IMG/VR virus record: IMGVR_UViG_3300042366_001473
Length of the DNA: 64,000 bases
Direction: 5' to 3' (one strand)
Origin: an uncultured virus (IMG/VR IMGVR_UViG_3300042366_001473)
Lineage: Duplodnaviria > Heunggongvirae > Uroviricota > Caudoviricetes
Shown here: in pieces, positions 9,436 through 19,241 of the stretch
How the letters are laid out: each line of letters opens with the position of its first letter
How positions within the stretch are numbered: the first letter of the stretch is position 1
The notes under the pieces: model-generated
Told to the model about the DNA's origin: nothing
Seen by the model: the letters and a program-made list of their open reading frames with translations, nothing else
Database searches by the model: none
Translations under genes and position numbers: made by a program

Positions 9436-9656
9436 TATGTTAGTTTCTTTCTGAGTTCTGTGAATCCGCCCACATGTTCTTCATCCAAGAAGATTTGTGG
9501 TAGTGTGCGAGCTGTTGGCACAGCTTCTAGTAGTTGTTCCTTGGTCCAGTCTTTGGACACATTACGTTCTTCGTATTCAATACCGTGGCTCTCCAACAGA
9601 GCTTTGGCTTGAACACAATAGGGACATTGATCTTTGGACCATACAATGGCTTTCAT
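9435..9656 (-). CDS. grx: Glutaredoxin
   Basis: CPYC, TLPQIF, VGGFTEL; start MKAIVW after SD AAGGA; lies next to nrdB. Confidence 0.93.
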   Translation of the reverse strand: MKAIVWSKDQCPYCVQAKALLESHGIEYEERNVSKDWTKEQLLEAVPTARTLPQIFLDEEHVGGFTELRKKLT

Positions 9657-9666
9657 TTTGTTTTCC

Positions 9667-10767
9667 TTAAAGAGTTGGTAGTTCGTCGTAGTCAAGAGAA
9701 TCACTCATCACACCAATCACATAATTAGTGCTTTCGTTCTCTTGCAGTGCAGTTTGTTTCTTGCTGGTGTCCACATGCTTGTTGAACCAAGGAATGGGAG
9801 TCGAACGGGGTGCAGACTCCAGATACTTGATGCCAATTTCGTGCAGGGCATTCTTGGCAGTGTAGTCCACAAAGTCTCGCAGGATGTTGGCGTTGAGACC
9901 AATCACTGGCCCATGCTTGAACAAGTAGTTGGCCCAGTCTTTTTCTTCACGAATCACATCCAGGTACATCTGATACACTTCAGCTTCGCAGCGAGCTTTG
10001 GCAGCAGCAAAACGCGGATCTTCTTTGACCACTTGATTGATCATCCAAGCAGTCCATTCCTTATGCATGATTTCATCTTGCAGAATCAAACCAATAATAT
10101 TGCCGTTGCCAATAAAGATACGGTTCTCTACCATGGCCAAGCTGGTGGCAAAACTTACCATAAAGCGGAATGCTTCCAATGCATAGCTGGCATTGAGTGC
10201 AAGCCAAATGGCATCAATGTGTTCTGTTTCTGTGACCACGCTGCCTGTTTCTTTGCGGCAGTTGATCACATGCAACTTGTCATAGTAATCACCCACACTG
10301 GATGCCATGTCCACAATTTCTTCGGTGTCGTGAATGGTGTTGAACACTTCCTTGGGCACGTTGTAGATGTTGCGAATGATGTGACTGTAGCTGCGACTGT
10401 GAATGTTGGTTTCAAAGAAACTCCAGTTGTACATAACCGCTTCTAGCTCAGGGATACTGCACACAGGTGTAAAGATCTGACTGGGACCGCGTCCTTGCAA
10501 ACTGTCTAGAGCAGTTTGACGCAAGAGATTTGACGTAAAGATATGTTTCACAGTGTCACTGGCGTCTTTGAAGTCTTGCGAATCTTTGGTCAGGCTGACT
10601 TCTTCAGGCACCCAGAAAAAGCCACGGGCCTCTTGTTCAAACTTGGCCAGCTTGTTGTACTTGACTTCTTCAAATCGTTGAACGGTCACAGGACCCGATG
10701 GGTCTAGAAACATCTTGCGATTCAAATAGTCTGTTTTTGTTTTTAAATTGTATTGTTGTTTGCTCAT
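9667..10767 (-). CDS. nrdB: Ribonucleotide reductase class Ia beta subunit
   Basis: FFWVPEEV, LDSLQ, ETNIHSRSY, LEAFRF, QDEIMH, ALQENESTNY; start MSKQQY. Confidence 0.96.
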   Translation of the reverse strand: MSKQQYNLKTKTDYLNRKMFLDPSGPVTVQRFEEVKYNKLAKFEQEARGFFWVPEEVSLTKDSQDFKDASDTVKHIFTSNLLRQTALDSLQGRGPSQIFTPVCSIPELEAVMYNWSFFETNIHSRSYSHIIRNIYNVPKEVFNTIHDTEEIVDMASSVGDYYDKLHVINCRKETGSVVTETEHIDAIWLALNASYALEAFRFMVSFATSLAMVENRIFIGNGNIIGLILQDEIMHKEWTAWMINQVVKEDPRFAAAKARCEAEVYQMYLDVIREEKDWANYLFKHGPVIGLNANILRDFVDYTAKNALHEIGIKYLESAPRSTPIPWFNKHVDTSKKQTALQENESTNYVIGVMSDSLDYDELPTL

Positions 10768-11423
10768 TTGTAGTTTCCTGATGCAAGTACTATCTTGCAA
10801 ATATGTTCTAATCTTTCTATATGCTCGTAAGCACGCCACGGGCTGGTGTCTATGGCAACAACACCATGTCCTTTGATTCCCACTATGTCATAAGCAATGT
10901 TGCCGTTGTTGTCTAATTGTAACATCTTATGACACTGGTCTGCAAGCTCTTGACTGATGGGAGGCACATCACCCACATTGGGTGCTACTCGTGTGTATCG
11001 GTTCAGTTCGGGAAATGCATTGCTGATTGTGCTGAGATCAATCCCGGCATGCATGGCAGCAATACAATAGGTAGGATGCACATGAACCACTACCCGAACA
11101 TCATCCTTGTGTTGGCCCATTTCACGTTGCAACCCAAAATGCAATGGGATTTCACCGCTGGGCTTTAAATTTGCACTGATGTCCGAATAAGGTAAGTCTC
11201 TCCAACTGTAGTTGAAGGCAGCCGACCCATAGCCGCTGTGAATGCTTTTGTCAATGCTGATCTTTTTGAACTGATCAGGTTGCAGTGTTTGCTTGCGCAC
11301 ACCGCTGGGTGTGATGTAAAAGTGATCACGGTCGTGGTGACGAATGCTGACATTTCCGTCACGGCTGGTGATCCAGTTTCGCTTGTATGCATCTACCATG
11401 ATGTCACAGATTGTTTCTAGCAT
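10764..11423 (-). CDS. Class II aldolase/adducin family protein
   Basis: DGNVSIR, YITPSG, KPSGEIPLH, VVHVHP, KGHGVV (Zn-binding histidines). Confidence 0.88.
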   Translation of the reverse strand: MLETICDIMVDAYKRNWITSRDGNVSIRHHDRDHFYITPSGVRKQTLQPDQFKKISIDKSIHSGYGSAAFNYSWRDLPYSDISANLKPSGEIPLHFGLQREMGQHKDDVRVVVHVHPTYCIAAMHAGIDLSTISNAFPELNRYTRVAPNVGDVPPISQELADQCHKMLQLDNNGNIAYDIVGIKGHGVVAIDTSPWRAYEHIERLEHICKIVLASGNYK

Positions 11424-11424
11424 G

Positions 11425-12345
11425 TTATTCCAATGAGTATGTAATTAGTCCGTCAATCACACGGTGTGTGACTGTCAAATTAGAAACTGGGTTTACCAAT
11501 ACAATTGGCTTTATTGCAGCACCCCAGTGTCCTGTGTCTAGATACAGTTTGTCTGAATCTTGTTGCATGCCCATGCGTGGTACAATCAACACTGTTTTGT
11601 TTTTCCAACCAGCAGTTGGTATGGTTAACTCGAAGAACTCAGTGTCTGCTGCCCACTGCGAAGCACTGTAGCCGGCCACACAAGATCCTGCTGCCACGGC
11701 TCGAAGATACGGCACCCATCCCCATATAGTTTCTTGTTGGCGTTCAAAGTTTACAATACCAGGTGGCAATGATTCAGACTCCACATACAGGTTGCCCGAC
11801 AACTGGTTAACTACAGAAACAAATGCAGGGTCGATATCTACCCCTGGAGAGAAGAATGATTGGTTTTGCATAGGTACGCACAGCCCTTGTGCAAAACTAC
11901 TGGGTATTTCTACTGCCCACATTTCTAAAAAATACTGGCCTGGCAAGAAAACAGACTCGTTATCAAATGGCAGGCTGTTCCATAATCCTTCCCACCATAA
12001 GTTGCCATCTACAGTTTCAGTAAATGTGATTGGTGTTGGTTCATAATTGTGATCATAATATTCGTTGATTAACTCAATGCGGTCAGACAATTTCAATTGA
12101 TCAATAATTTCACATCCCAGTTGATAGCGATCATAGTCACTTTCAAATGCACGAATATGGACAGCTCCGTGTTTGAGTGCCAGTATGGACAACAAGCCTG
12201 TGCCAAATCCAATGTCAGTACAGTGTTGATCTTTTACATATCTTGACAGTATTCGATCATAAAACTGATTTCGAACAAAGTCGTTGATCATGGGCAGATT
12301 TACTCCGTTATGATTTTGCCAATCGATATTTTTTAAAAATTCCAT
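11425..12345 (-). CDS. SAM-dependent methyltransferase, PRMT-like
   Basis: MINDFVRNQFY, DIGFGTGLLS, RAFE, TETVDGNLWWEG; start MEFLKN via TAATG coupling. Confidence 0.8.
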   Translation of the reverse strand: MEFLKNIDWQNHNGVNLPMINDFVRNQFYDRILSRYVKDQHCTDIGFGTGLLSILALKHGAVHIRAFESDYDRYQLGCEIIDQLKLSDRIELINEYYDHNYEPTPITFTETVDGNLWWEGLWNSLPFDNESVFLPGQYFLEMWAVEIPSSFAQGLCVPMQNQSFFSPGVDIDPAFVSVVNQLSGNLYVESESLPPGIVNFERQQETIWGWVPYLRAVAAGSCVAGYSASQWAADTEFFELTIPTAGWKNKTVLIVPRMGMQQDSDKLYLDTGHWGAAIKPIVLVNPVSNLTVTHRVIDGLITYSLE

Positions 12346-12536
12346 TACCAATGTCTTATTGTGTTTGCAATAATAAAGCAGCAAGTCACTACGTGTAGTA
12401 TAATCCAAAAAGTCTTGAGCCACAAGGCTATCCGAGCTTCTTGAAGAGTTAATATAGGAACATCTGGACGATCGTGATCTGATTTTCCCATCAAGTGCCC
12501 AGTTGCCCTGGCCCAAATGCGTTCAATGCTGTTCAT
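12345..12536 (-). CDS. Small membrane protein
   Basis: 63 aa with a C-terminal hydrophobic helix; ATGA overlap with nrdA. Confidence 0.75.
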   Translation of the reverse strand: MNSIERIWARATGHLMGKSDHDRPDVPILTLQEARIALWLKTFWIILHVVTCCFIIANTIRHW

Positions 12537-14854
12537 AGCTTGCAGCTTTCACAGTCTTCTTGATCGTCAAAATCTATGGCTTCTAGAACTGCCGGCGCTG
12601 CCTCTTCTACTTGTTTTGAGCCTTGCTTGTTGATCAGACTGTAGTAGAATGTTTTGAGTCCCCAGTAATGAGCCTGCATCAAGTTTTTGGCAATCAATGT
12701 AGTGGGCACTTTGCGACCTTCAAAGTGTGCAGGATTGTAGAAAGTGTTGGTGCTGATTGATTGATCCACATAAGCTGCCAATACTGAGGCAGTTTTCAAA
12801 TAGCCATCACAGTCTTTTTGTGCCCACATCAGCTGATATCTGTTTTTCAACTTGTGATATTCAGGAACCACTTGTGTAAGACTACCTGCCTTGGATTCTT
12901 TGACTGAGATCAAGCTCATGGGCATTTCGATGCCGTTGGTCGAGTTGATTACCACGCTGCTTGATTCCACAGGAGCAATGGCCATTGAGGTAGCATTGCG
13001 AACACCGTAACTGCGCATCTCTGCACGTAGGCCTTCCCAATTCAGTTCTGGCGAGAAGTCAGTGAGTTCATTGACGCCTTTGGCACGCAGTTCCCATGGA
13101 AACACACCCTTGCCGTAACGAGTCTGATCTGACCCTTCACAACGACCACGTTCTTTGGCCAGCTCAACTGACGCTTCGGTTAGGTAGTAGGCTTGGTGTT
13201 CCATCCACGTCTTGACTTCAGCCAAGGCGTCTTGCTCTCCGTAACGGAAGCCTCGTTTAGCATGCCAGTATGCAAGATTAGTGAGTCCAATTCCAAGAGG
13301 TCTGATTTCATCGTTTGATAATTTAGATTGAATGGATAAAAAATCTTGATAGTCAAGAATGTTATTGAGGCTACGATGCAATATGCGACAAGCACGGCGC
13401 ATATCTTCTGGGTTACGGAACGCACCCCAATTGATTGAGCCCAATGTGCAAAGTGCAATACGACCATCGCTGTCATCCAAACGTTTAAAGGATTTAGTAG
13501 GTAAAAGAATTTCACAGCATAAATTACTCTGGTAAATTGTGTGGTATTCGGGATCGAACGGACCTTGATTCATAACATTGTCAATAAACACTAGATAGAT
13601 GCGTCCTGTGTCTGTGCGTTCTTTTAAGATGCCGCCCTTGAATACTTCTTCGGCACTCATGATCTTTTTTCTGAGATCACGTCGTGATTCATATTCAACA
13701 TAAAGTTCTTCAAACTTTGCAGTGTCCTTGTAGAAGGCCTCATACAGCTCGGGCACTTCGTTGGGATCAAAGAAGGTTATGTTTTCTCGGTTCTTGAATC
13801 GTCTCCAGAAGAAAGCACTAAGCACAACCCCATAATCCATATGACGGACTCGGGTTTCTTCGGTTCCTTGATTGTTTTTAAGTACAATAAGATCATCAAA
13901 CTGATGATGCCAAATAGGATAAAAAACAGTAGCACTTGCATTACGAATACCTCCTTGACTGCAACTACGTAGGTCGCCGAACCACTTTTTCAAGAACGGT
14001 ATCATACCTGTGTGCATAATCTCACCACCGCGGATGGGACTACCCAATGGACGTAAGCGTCCAATTTCCAAACCAATGCCAGCACGTTTGCTGGCATATT
14101 TGGCCATCATTTCTCCGGACGCAAAAATTGAGTCCAGGTCGTCGTCGCTTCTGATGAGTACGCAAGAACTAAACTGTTTGGTGGGAGTACCAAGGCCAGC
14201 AAGTACAGGAGTAGCAAGAGTAAACAAACCGTCACTAGCCGCGTTGTAGTATTCTTTAATATAGCGCATACGAGCACTGTTAGGTTCTTCTTTGTGAAAC
14301 ACAGTAGCTGCTGCAACCATGTATCTGATTTGCGGAGTTTCATATAGTTCCTTGGTACTACGATTCTTGACAAGATATTTTTCAATCAATTGCTCTATGG
14401 CTGCATAGCTGTACTGTTCATCTTTGACATGATCAATCATGTCATTCATACGATTCCACTCAGCTTCGTCGTACCATTCCAGCAGTTCAGGAGTGTACAG
14501 GCCTGTGGCCACGTTCTTCTTCACAATTTCATACAAGTGAGGAGGCTCGTAGCTGCCGTAAACGTCTTTGCGCAACATACTGAGACGCTGTTTGCCTGCT
14601 ACATACTGGTAATTGGTGTGCCCCACATCTGGGTTGGACTCTACATCAATGAGATCCACAATGGCACGTAGAGTAATCTCGTCAATTTCTTTGGTAGTAA
14701 TACCATCATAAAAATGTAGTTGTGCTTTGATTTCTACCATGCTCTGACTGACATCTGCAATTCCCTTGCAGATCTTGGCAATTTGAGTTTGCCACTTTTC
14801 CAACGCCAACGGCTCGCGACTGCCGTCACGCTTGACCACTGTAATCTGTTTCAT
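12533..14854 (-). CDS. nrdA: Ribonucleotide reductase class Ia alpha subunit
   Basis: ATP cone VVKRDG, FSSCVL, QSNLCCEI, LGIG, AIAPVESSS, GLKTFYY, C-terminal CESCKL. Confidence 0.97.
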   Translation of the reverse strand: MKQITVVKRDGSREPLALEKWQTQIAKICKGIADVSQSMVEIKAQLHFYDGITTKEIDEITLRAIVDLIDVESNPDVGHTNYQYVAGKQRLSMLRKDVYGSYEPPHLYEIVKKNVATGLYTPELLEWYDEAEWNRMNDMIDHVKDEQYSYAAIEQLIEKYLVKNRSTKELYETPQIRYMVAAATVFHKEEPNSARMRYIKEYYNAASDGLFTLATPVLAGLGTPTKQFSSCVLIRSDDDLDSIFASGEMMAKYASKRAGIGLEIGRLRPLGSPIRGGEIMHTGMIPFLKKWFGDLRSCSQGGIRNASATVFYPIWHHQFDDLIVLKNNQGTEETRVRHMDYGVVLSAFFWRRFKNRENITFFDPNEVPELYEAFYKDTAKFEELYVEYESRRDLRKKIMSAEEVFKGGILKERTDTGRIYLVFIDNVMNQGPFDPEYHTIYQSNLCCEILLPTKSFKRLDDSDGRIALCTLGSINWGAFRNPEDMRRACRILHRSLNNILDYQDFLSIQSKLSNDEIRPLGIGLTNLAYWHAKRGFRYGEQDALAEVKTWMEHQAYYLTEASVELAKERGRCEGSDQTRYGKGVFPWELRAKGVNELTDFSPELNWEGLRAEMRSYGVRNATSMAIAPVESSSVVINSTNGIEMPMSLISVKESKAGSLTQVVPEYHKLKNRYQLMWAQKDCDGYLKTASVLAAYVDQSISTNTFYNPAHFEGRKVPTTLIAKNLMQAHYWGLKTFYYSLINKQGSKQVEEAAPAVLEAIDFDDQEDCESCKL

Positions 14855-14861
14855 TTTATCC

Positions 14862-15287
14862 TTACTGAATTTGTTGTAATATTTCTTGCTGACTAATACG
14901 GCGGCGCAAGTTTTTTGTGCCTGGGTTGATATTTAACAGAGTTCCACCGGACCAATTCAATATATATTTCCCTGAAGCAACCTGGACTAAATTGTCGCCT
15001 TCGGCTTCAAACAATACCGCATCTTGAGTATCTTTTCGATCAAGCATTGCTATAGTATACATGATTCCCAAGCCACGAGCAAGAGAACAATACAGATTAT
15101 CATCCAATAATTGCCAAGGATCTGGCCAAGTGGGTCGATCGTCCCAGTGCAAGTGATACGGGCACCAAGGGGTTTGTTGCCACCATGTGTCGATGGCGGT
15201 CAATGCAACAGGTAACTCTGCAGTAGTGCACTGTTCTCGCAACACTGCCCAGGCCTGCAACCGGTCAGAAAAAGTTCGGGGCCACAT
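14862..15287 (-). CDS. Hypothetical protein, possibly transglutaminase-like
   Basis: WPDPWQLLDDNLYCSLARGLG resembles the transglutaminase-like Cys motif. Confidence 0.55.
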   Translation of the reverse strand: MWPRTFSDRLQAWAVLREQCTTAELPVALTAIDTWWQQTPWCPYHLHWDDRPTWPDPWQLLDDNLYCSLARGLGIMYTIAMLDRKDTQDAVLFEAEGDNLVQVASGKYILNWSGGTLLNINPGTKNLRRRISQQEILQQIQ

Positions 15288-17068
15288 TAAGCAAAGTGTG
15301 TGATAGTATAGTAAATAGTTCCGTCAAAAGTAGTCGATGTAGCTGTGTATCGAACAGTTACTGCATCGCTAACCTGTGTCACGCTCAGTGTGATACCTGT
15401 AGAATTGTTTTCGCTGTAGTCGTCGGTGTAGTTCAATGTGTACCCTCCGGCTGATTGCACACTGAGTACTCCAGTACGCAGTGAAATCAATGGGGCAGAC
15501 CCTGGGCGTTTGATAGTGTAGTTTACGGAAAAACTAGAAAATCCACCCAAAGACACTGACTCTGACACGTCAATTGTAAACAAAGGCTCAGCAGTCGCTG
15601 CATCTTCCAGTACCTCTTGTTGCCCTGCATCTTGAACATAGCTGCCAAGTTGAAGCTTGCTGGAACCTGAGTATCCTGTGGATTGCGGAATAACTCCAGT
15701 GGCAACATTGTAGATCTGTATTCTAGGCTGTGTCAGTGCCTGAGTGTCAGTGCGCTGAAACAGATCACCTATGCTGAGATTGCTGTCAGCATTGATGTTG
15801 ATGATAGGAGTTTGAGGCAACGCCGTACCAAAAAAGTGATTGCCTACATCATAGAATGTGTTGTATGCACTGGCGTTGAGACTGCAATTTTCCATCACAA
15901 TGCCTTCGGCAAAGATGTTGTCAAATTCGTTGTGTACAATTCTCACGCCAGTTGGGCCGCCATTGACCACAGTGGTATCACCAAGATACACACCTTGATA
16001 CAGCGTATCCATCCATCCATTGCTGATGGTCACACCTTTGACCAGTTGATCAGTGCTGACAGCATATGTGGCACCAATAAATTTGCACTTGTCCAGTGTA
16101 ATTTGAGTAGGCGGTACTTGTGCAGTACCGTTGAATACCACACAGCTAAAATTGTCAATATCAGTGTCCAAGTCTTGTTCGGTCAGAGGACCCACAAAGT
16201 TCACACTGTCAAAATAACACTGTTGTACACGTTCTAGATTGCAGATCTGATGACTGCCTACTTCAGTGGTCTGGAATGTCATGCCAGAAATTTCCACATT
16301 GCGCGGAGACACAGCGTTGCCTTGACCAATGTTGACACCGGTTTGCTGCAGGCTGTCTGCAGTTTCTACTACATAGGTTGGCAGTGTGGTTGGATCCCAA
16401 TAAGCAGTGTTGGAGATAAGAATGCCTGTGGGCGGAACTGTTGCTACTGATCGATAGTAGTTGAATATCCCTGGAGTCGCAGATTCTACCTTGACAAGGA
16501 CGCCTTCTGCATAGCCGGTGTTGGCTGCCCATATTTGTACTTCAAACAAAAAGATTGTGCTGTCAGCGCCTTCTCCGTAGAGCTTGGCGTATGGCGGTAC
16601 CTTGATAGTATCTGTGATGATATATGTGCCAGCCGGGAAAAACAAGCTACGGCGAATTTGTGTGTTAGACTGCACACAGTACAACTGAAAAAGTGCTCGG
16701 TTAATGGCTGCTGTTACGTCAGTGTCGCCGTCACCTACTGCGCCAAACACTGTGGACACTGCATAGCTGTCCAATCTGCTTTGAATACTTTGACTTATAG
16801 GGTCGCCGGTTGTGGGACCAGTTTGAGCATCATAGCCTGCTGCCTGACCTTGATATGTGTAGGCGCTGGCCAACGACAGCACGTCAGTGAATTCTGTCAG
16901 AATCTCAGTGTTGCCAACTACAGGAGCACCTTCGGCCACTTCGCCATTGCCGATAAACAGTCTTCGTTGATCTAGTGCCCACCCAAATTCAGCGCCAGCC
17001 AGCGGTTGGGGTAAATCGTCAAGTAGACCTTGACGTTGGGTTATTCTTGATATTTGTACAATTGCCAC
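15287..17068 (-). CDS. Tail spike/fibre with pectate-lyase-like beta helix
   Basis: N-terminal LAGAEFGWALDQRRLFIGNG fibre-attachment motif; FGAVGDGDTDVTAAINRA...LFFPAGTY...LYGEG. Confidence 0.8.
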   Translation of the reverse strand: MAIVQISRITQRQGLLDDLPQPLAGAEFGWALDQRRLFIGNGEVAEGAPVVGNTEILTEFTDVLSLASAYTYQGQAAGYDAQTGPTTGDPISQSIQSRLDSYAVSTVFGAVGDGDTDVTAAINRALFQLYCVQSNTQIRRSLFFPAGTYIITDTIKVPPYAKLYGEGADSTIFLFEVQIWAANTGYAEGVLVKVESATPGIFNYYRSVATVPPTGILISNTAYWDPTTLPTYVVETADSLQQTGVNIGQGNAVSPRNVEISGMTFQTTEVGSHQICNLERVQQCYFDSVNFVGPLTEQDLDTDIDNFSCVVFNGTAQVPPTQITLDKCKFIGATYAVSTDQLVKGVTISNGWMDTLYQGVYLGDTTVVNGGPTGVRIVHNEFDNIFAEGIVMENCSLNASAYNTFYDVGNHFFGTALPQTPIININADSNLSIGDLFQRTDTQALTQPRIQIYNVATGVIPQSTGYSGSSKLQLGSYVQDAGQQEVLEDAATAEPLFTIDVSESVSLGGFSSFSVNYTIKRPGSAPLISLRTGVLSVQSAGGYTLNYTDDYSENNSTGITLSVTQVSDAVTVRYTATSTTFDGTIYYTITHFA

Positions 17069-17097
17069 AGTGTGATTCCTTACTAGGTATCACATAT

Positions 17098-17808
17098 TTA
17101 GCGTGTCAAATAGTATAACTCAACTCGTTTCATCCATTCGTCGGCCCAGTACGCAAACTCGTTGCCTTCGATCACAAACTCCAGGTATTCAGGAGTAGAG
17201 TAAGTACCATCGGCCTGCAGTTTTGGCTGCACAGCCATCAATACAACACCAGTGTTGATATTAGTGCTGTGCATTTCGTTGTGTGCTGCTGCATAGGCTG
17301 CAAGTTGCAGGAAATAGTCCCCGATGTATTCGCGCTTTTTTACCTTGTTGCTTTGCTTGAAATCCATAATAGCAGGCTGGCCTTTCCAGGTGCCAATCAA
17401 GTCGGTGGTGCCTGCATACAGACCCGAATAGTACAGTGGAACTTCCGTACCCCAAAACTCATCTACATGTTGTAGTCCTTTGAGTATGACCTCTGCTGCC
17501 ATAAACCAGCTGGGATGTGCATAAGGATTGCCGGGCAGTGGTTTTAGATCCGTGGTCAACACATACTGCTCAAGATAGGCATGCATGCGTGTGCCGCGGT
17601 TGGCAGCTTCTGTGGTGATTTCTTGGGCACGTTTTTCTCCCACTGCACGTTTCCAGTTGGCCAAGGCTTCTCGAGCTTCAGCGGGCTTGGTTCGATCTAG
17701 AATAGTTGTAACACTGGGCACCTTGCTGCCATCAGGCAAACAGTAGTGTCGTTTGCCGTCAATGGTTTCACGGTTCAGTGGTGTGTAGTTGTATCTTTGT
17801 GTGATCAT
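17098..17808 (-). CDS. PD-(D/E)XK exonuclease
   Basis: PSVTTIL, RGTRMH, E...YAGTTD, IMDFKQS, YFLQLAAYA. Confidence 0.88.
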   Translation of the reverse strand: MITQRYNYTPLNRETIDGKRHYCLPDGSKVPSVTTILDRTKPAEAREALANWKRAVGEKRAQEITTEAANRGTRMHAYLEQYVLTTDLKPLPGNPYAHPSWFMAAEVILKGLQHVDEFWGTEVPLYYSGLYAGTTDLIGTWKGQPAIMDFKQSNKVKKREYIGDYFLQLAAYAAAHNEMHSTNINTGVVLMAVQPKLQADGTYSTPEYLEFVIEGNEFAYWADEWMKRVELYYLTR

Positions 17809-18131
17809 TAAACTCTAAAACTTTCGCCGCAACCACATCGGTCACGTTCATTGGGGTTGCTGAATTCAAAGCCTTCGTTAAGGCCTTGACGTACATAATC
17901 TACCGTCATGTTTCTAAGATAGATGTCGTCTTTGATTCCAACCAAAACAACAAAGCCATCTTGTGCATAGTTTGTAACACCGACTTCTGATGTGTATTCT
18001 TTAACGTATTCTAACACATAAGCAAGACCTGAGCAACCTGTAGTTTTAACGCCAAGCCGAATGCCAGCATAACCTTTGGCTGTGACTAGTTTTTGGATTT
18101 TGTTTCTTGCTATATCAGTGAACGAGATCAT
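17808..18131 (-). CDS. iscA: Fe-S cluster A-type carrier IscA/HesB
   Basis: RLGVKTTGCSGLAY, F.NPN...CGCGESF. Confidence 0.95.
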   Translation of the reverse strand: MISFTDIARNKIQKLVTAKGYAGIRLGVKTTGCSGLAYVLEYVKEYTSEVGVTNYAQDGFVVLVGIKDDIYLRNMTVDYVRQGLNEGFEFSNPNERDRCGCGESFRV

Positions 18132-18507
18132 GTTTCTTGCGATAGTCTTCTACAGCCGCTTTGATGGCGTCTTCGGCAAGAATTGAGCAATGTATCTTTA
18201 CTGGGGGTAAGGCCAGTTCTTCAGCAATGTCGGAGTTTTTGATTTCTCCGGCTTGGTCGATGTGCATACCTTTGACCCACTCTGTAATGAGGCTCGAGCT
18301 CGCAATAGCCGATCCGCAGCCATACGTTTTAAATTTTGCATCTGTAATAATACCTGTATCATGATCTACCTTTATCTGTAATTTCATAACGTCGCCGCAA
18401 GCAGGTGCGCCAACCATACCAGTACCAATATCAGTATCACTCTTGTCAAAAGATCCGACATTCCTGGGATTTTCATAGTGGTCTACAACTTTGTTTGAAT
18501 ATGCCAT
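18115..18507 (-). CDS. iscU: Fe-S scaffold IscU
   Basis: MAYSNKVVDHYENPRNVG, GAPACGDVM, GCGSAIAS, LPPVKIHCS. Confidence 0.97.
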   Translation of the reverse strand: MAYSNKVVDHYENPRNVGSFDKSDTDIGTGMVGAPACGDVMKLQIKVDHDTGIITDAKFKTYGCGSAIASSSLITEWVKGMHIDQAGEIKNSDIAEELALPPVKIHCSILAEDAIKAAVEDYRKKHDLVH

Positions 18508-18508
18508 A

Positions 18509-18823
18509 TTATTGTGTACAGGTTCTTTCGCGGTAAACATTACCTTCGGGGGTTACAATCTCTTTCCACACAGTACAGTTGACCTGTGGAGTAAAAACTG
18601 TTGGTGGGTATTGATGAACAATTATTGTGTCTGGCTGCGGGGGTCTATTGGCAATAACAGCACCTACTACGCCGCCAATGATCAACGGTGCGACCCAGTT
18701 GTTATGACCATAATGCCCGTGGTGTCTGACTGGGCCATGATACCTGTGTCCATGATGCCAATGTTGTGCTAGTGCTGGCACAGTGACCATTGACAATGCT
18801 AGTGAAATTAAGATCTTTTTCAT
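18509..18823 (-). CDS. Exported His-rich protein with glycine-zipper segment
   Basis: Signal peptide MKKILISLALSMVTVPALA, HWHHGHRYHG, IIGGVVGAVIA. Confidence 0.75.
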   Translation of the reverse strand: MKKILISLALSMVTVPALAQHWHHGHRYHGPVRHHGHYGHNNWVAPLIIGGVVGAVIANRPPQPDTIIVHQYPPTVFTPQVNCTVWKEIVTPEGNVYRERTCTQ

Positions 18824-18841
18824 AGTGATCTCCTTTAAGTT

Positions 18842-18870
18842 ATTATACTATATATAACGCCTAAAGTCAA
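18842..18870 (-). promoter_or_regulatory. sigma70-type promoter for the iscU/iscA/exonuclease operon
   Basis: TTGACT-N17-TATAAT. Confidence 0.75.
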
Positions 18871-18890
18871 CCAAATGTTGACAGTTTTGA

Positions 18891-19241
18891 TTAAAGGCCT
18901 CGGTCTTTGCGAGCAGCAGATTTGGCGGCTTTGGCCACAATGTCTTGTGCCTTGTTCACTGGCATCTGAGTGGGGCCGATGTTGGCACCTTTGAATGTGA
19001 TCATGTTTGAATTAGGATCAAATGGCTCCAGCACATTGTTCAATGGCGGACGATCGATTATGCCGGGCAAGTTGGCTGCGTTGACGTTGATGCCTAAATT
19101 GTTGGCCATTTGAACAAACGCATCTTTGCTGATTTGTTTGGTAGCATTGGTATCGTCGGCTCGTCCAGCTAGGAATTCCACCAGTCCCAGCAGTTTGTCT
19201 GGGCTTGGTGTCATTGACGAATCAACTTCGAGAATTCGCAT
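18891..19241 (-). CDS. Hypothetical protein (possible head-internal)
   Basis: 116 aa with N-terminal MRILE motif. Confidence 0.7.
   Translation of the reverse strand: MRILEVDSSMTPSPDKLLGLVEFLAGRADDTNATKQISKDAFVQMANNLGINVNAANLPGIIDRPPLNNVLEPFDPNSNMITFKGANIGPTQMPVNKAQDIVAKAAKSAARKDRGL

Noticed and set aside
17098..17808. Cas4 / CRISPR-associated nuclease
   Set aside because: It lacks the four-Cys Fe-S motif and no cas genes or array are present; it reads as an ordinary phage PD-(D/E)XK exonuclease.
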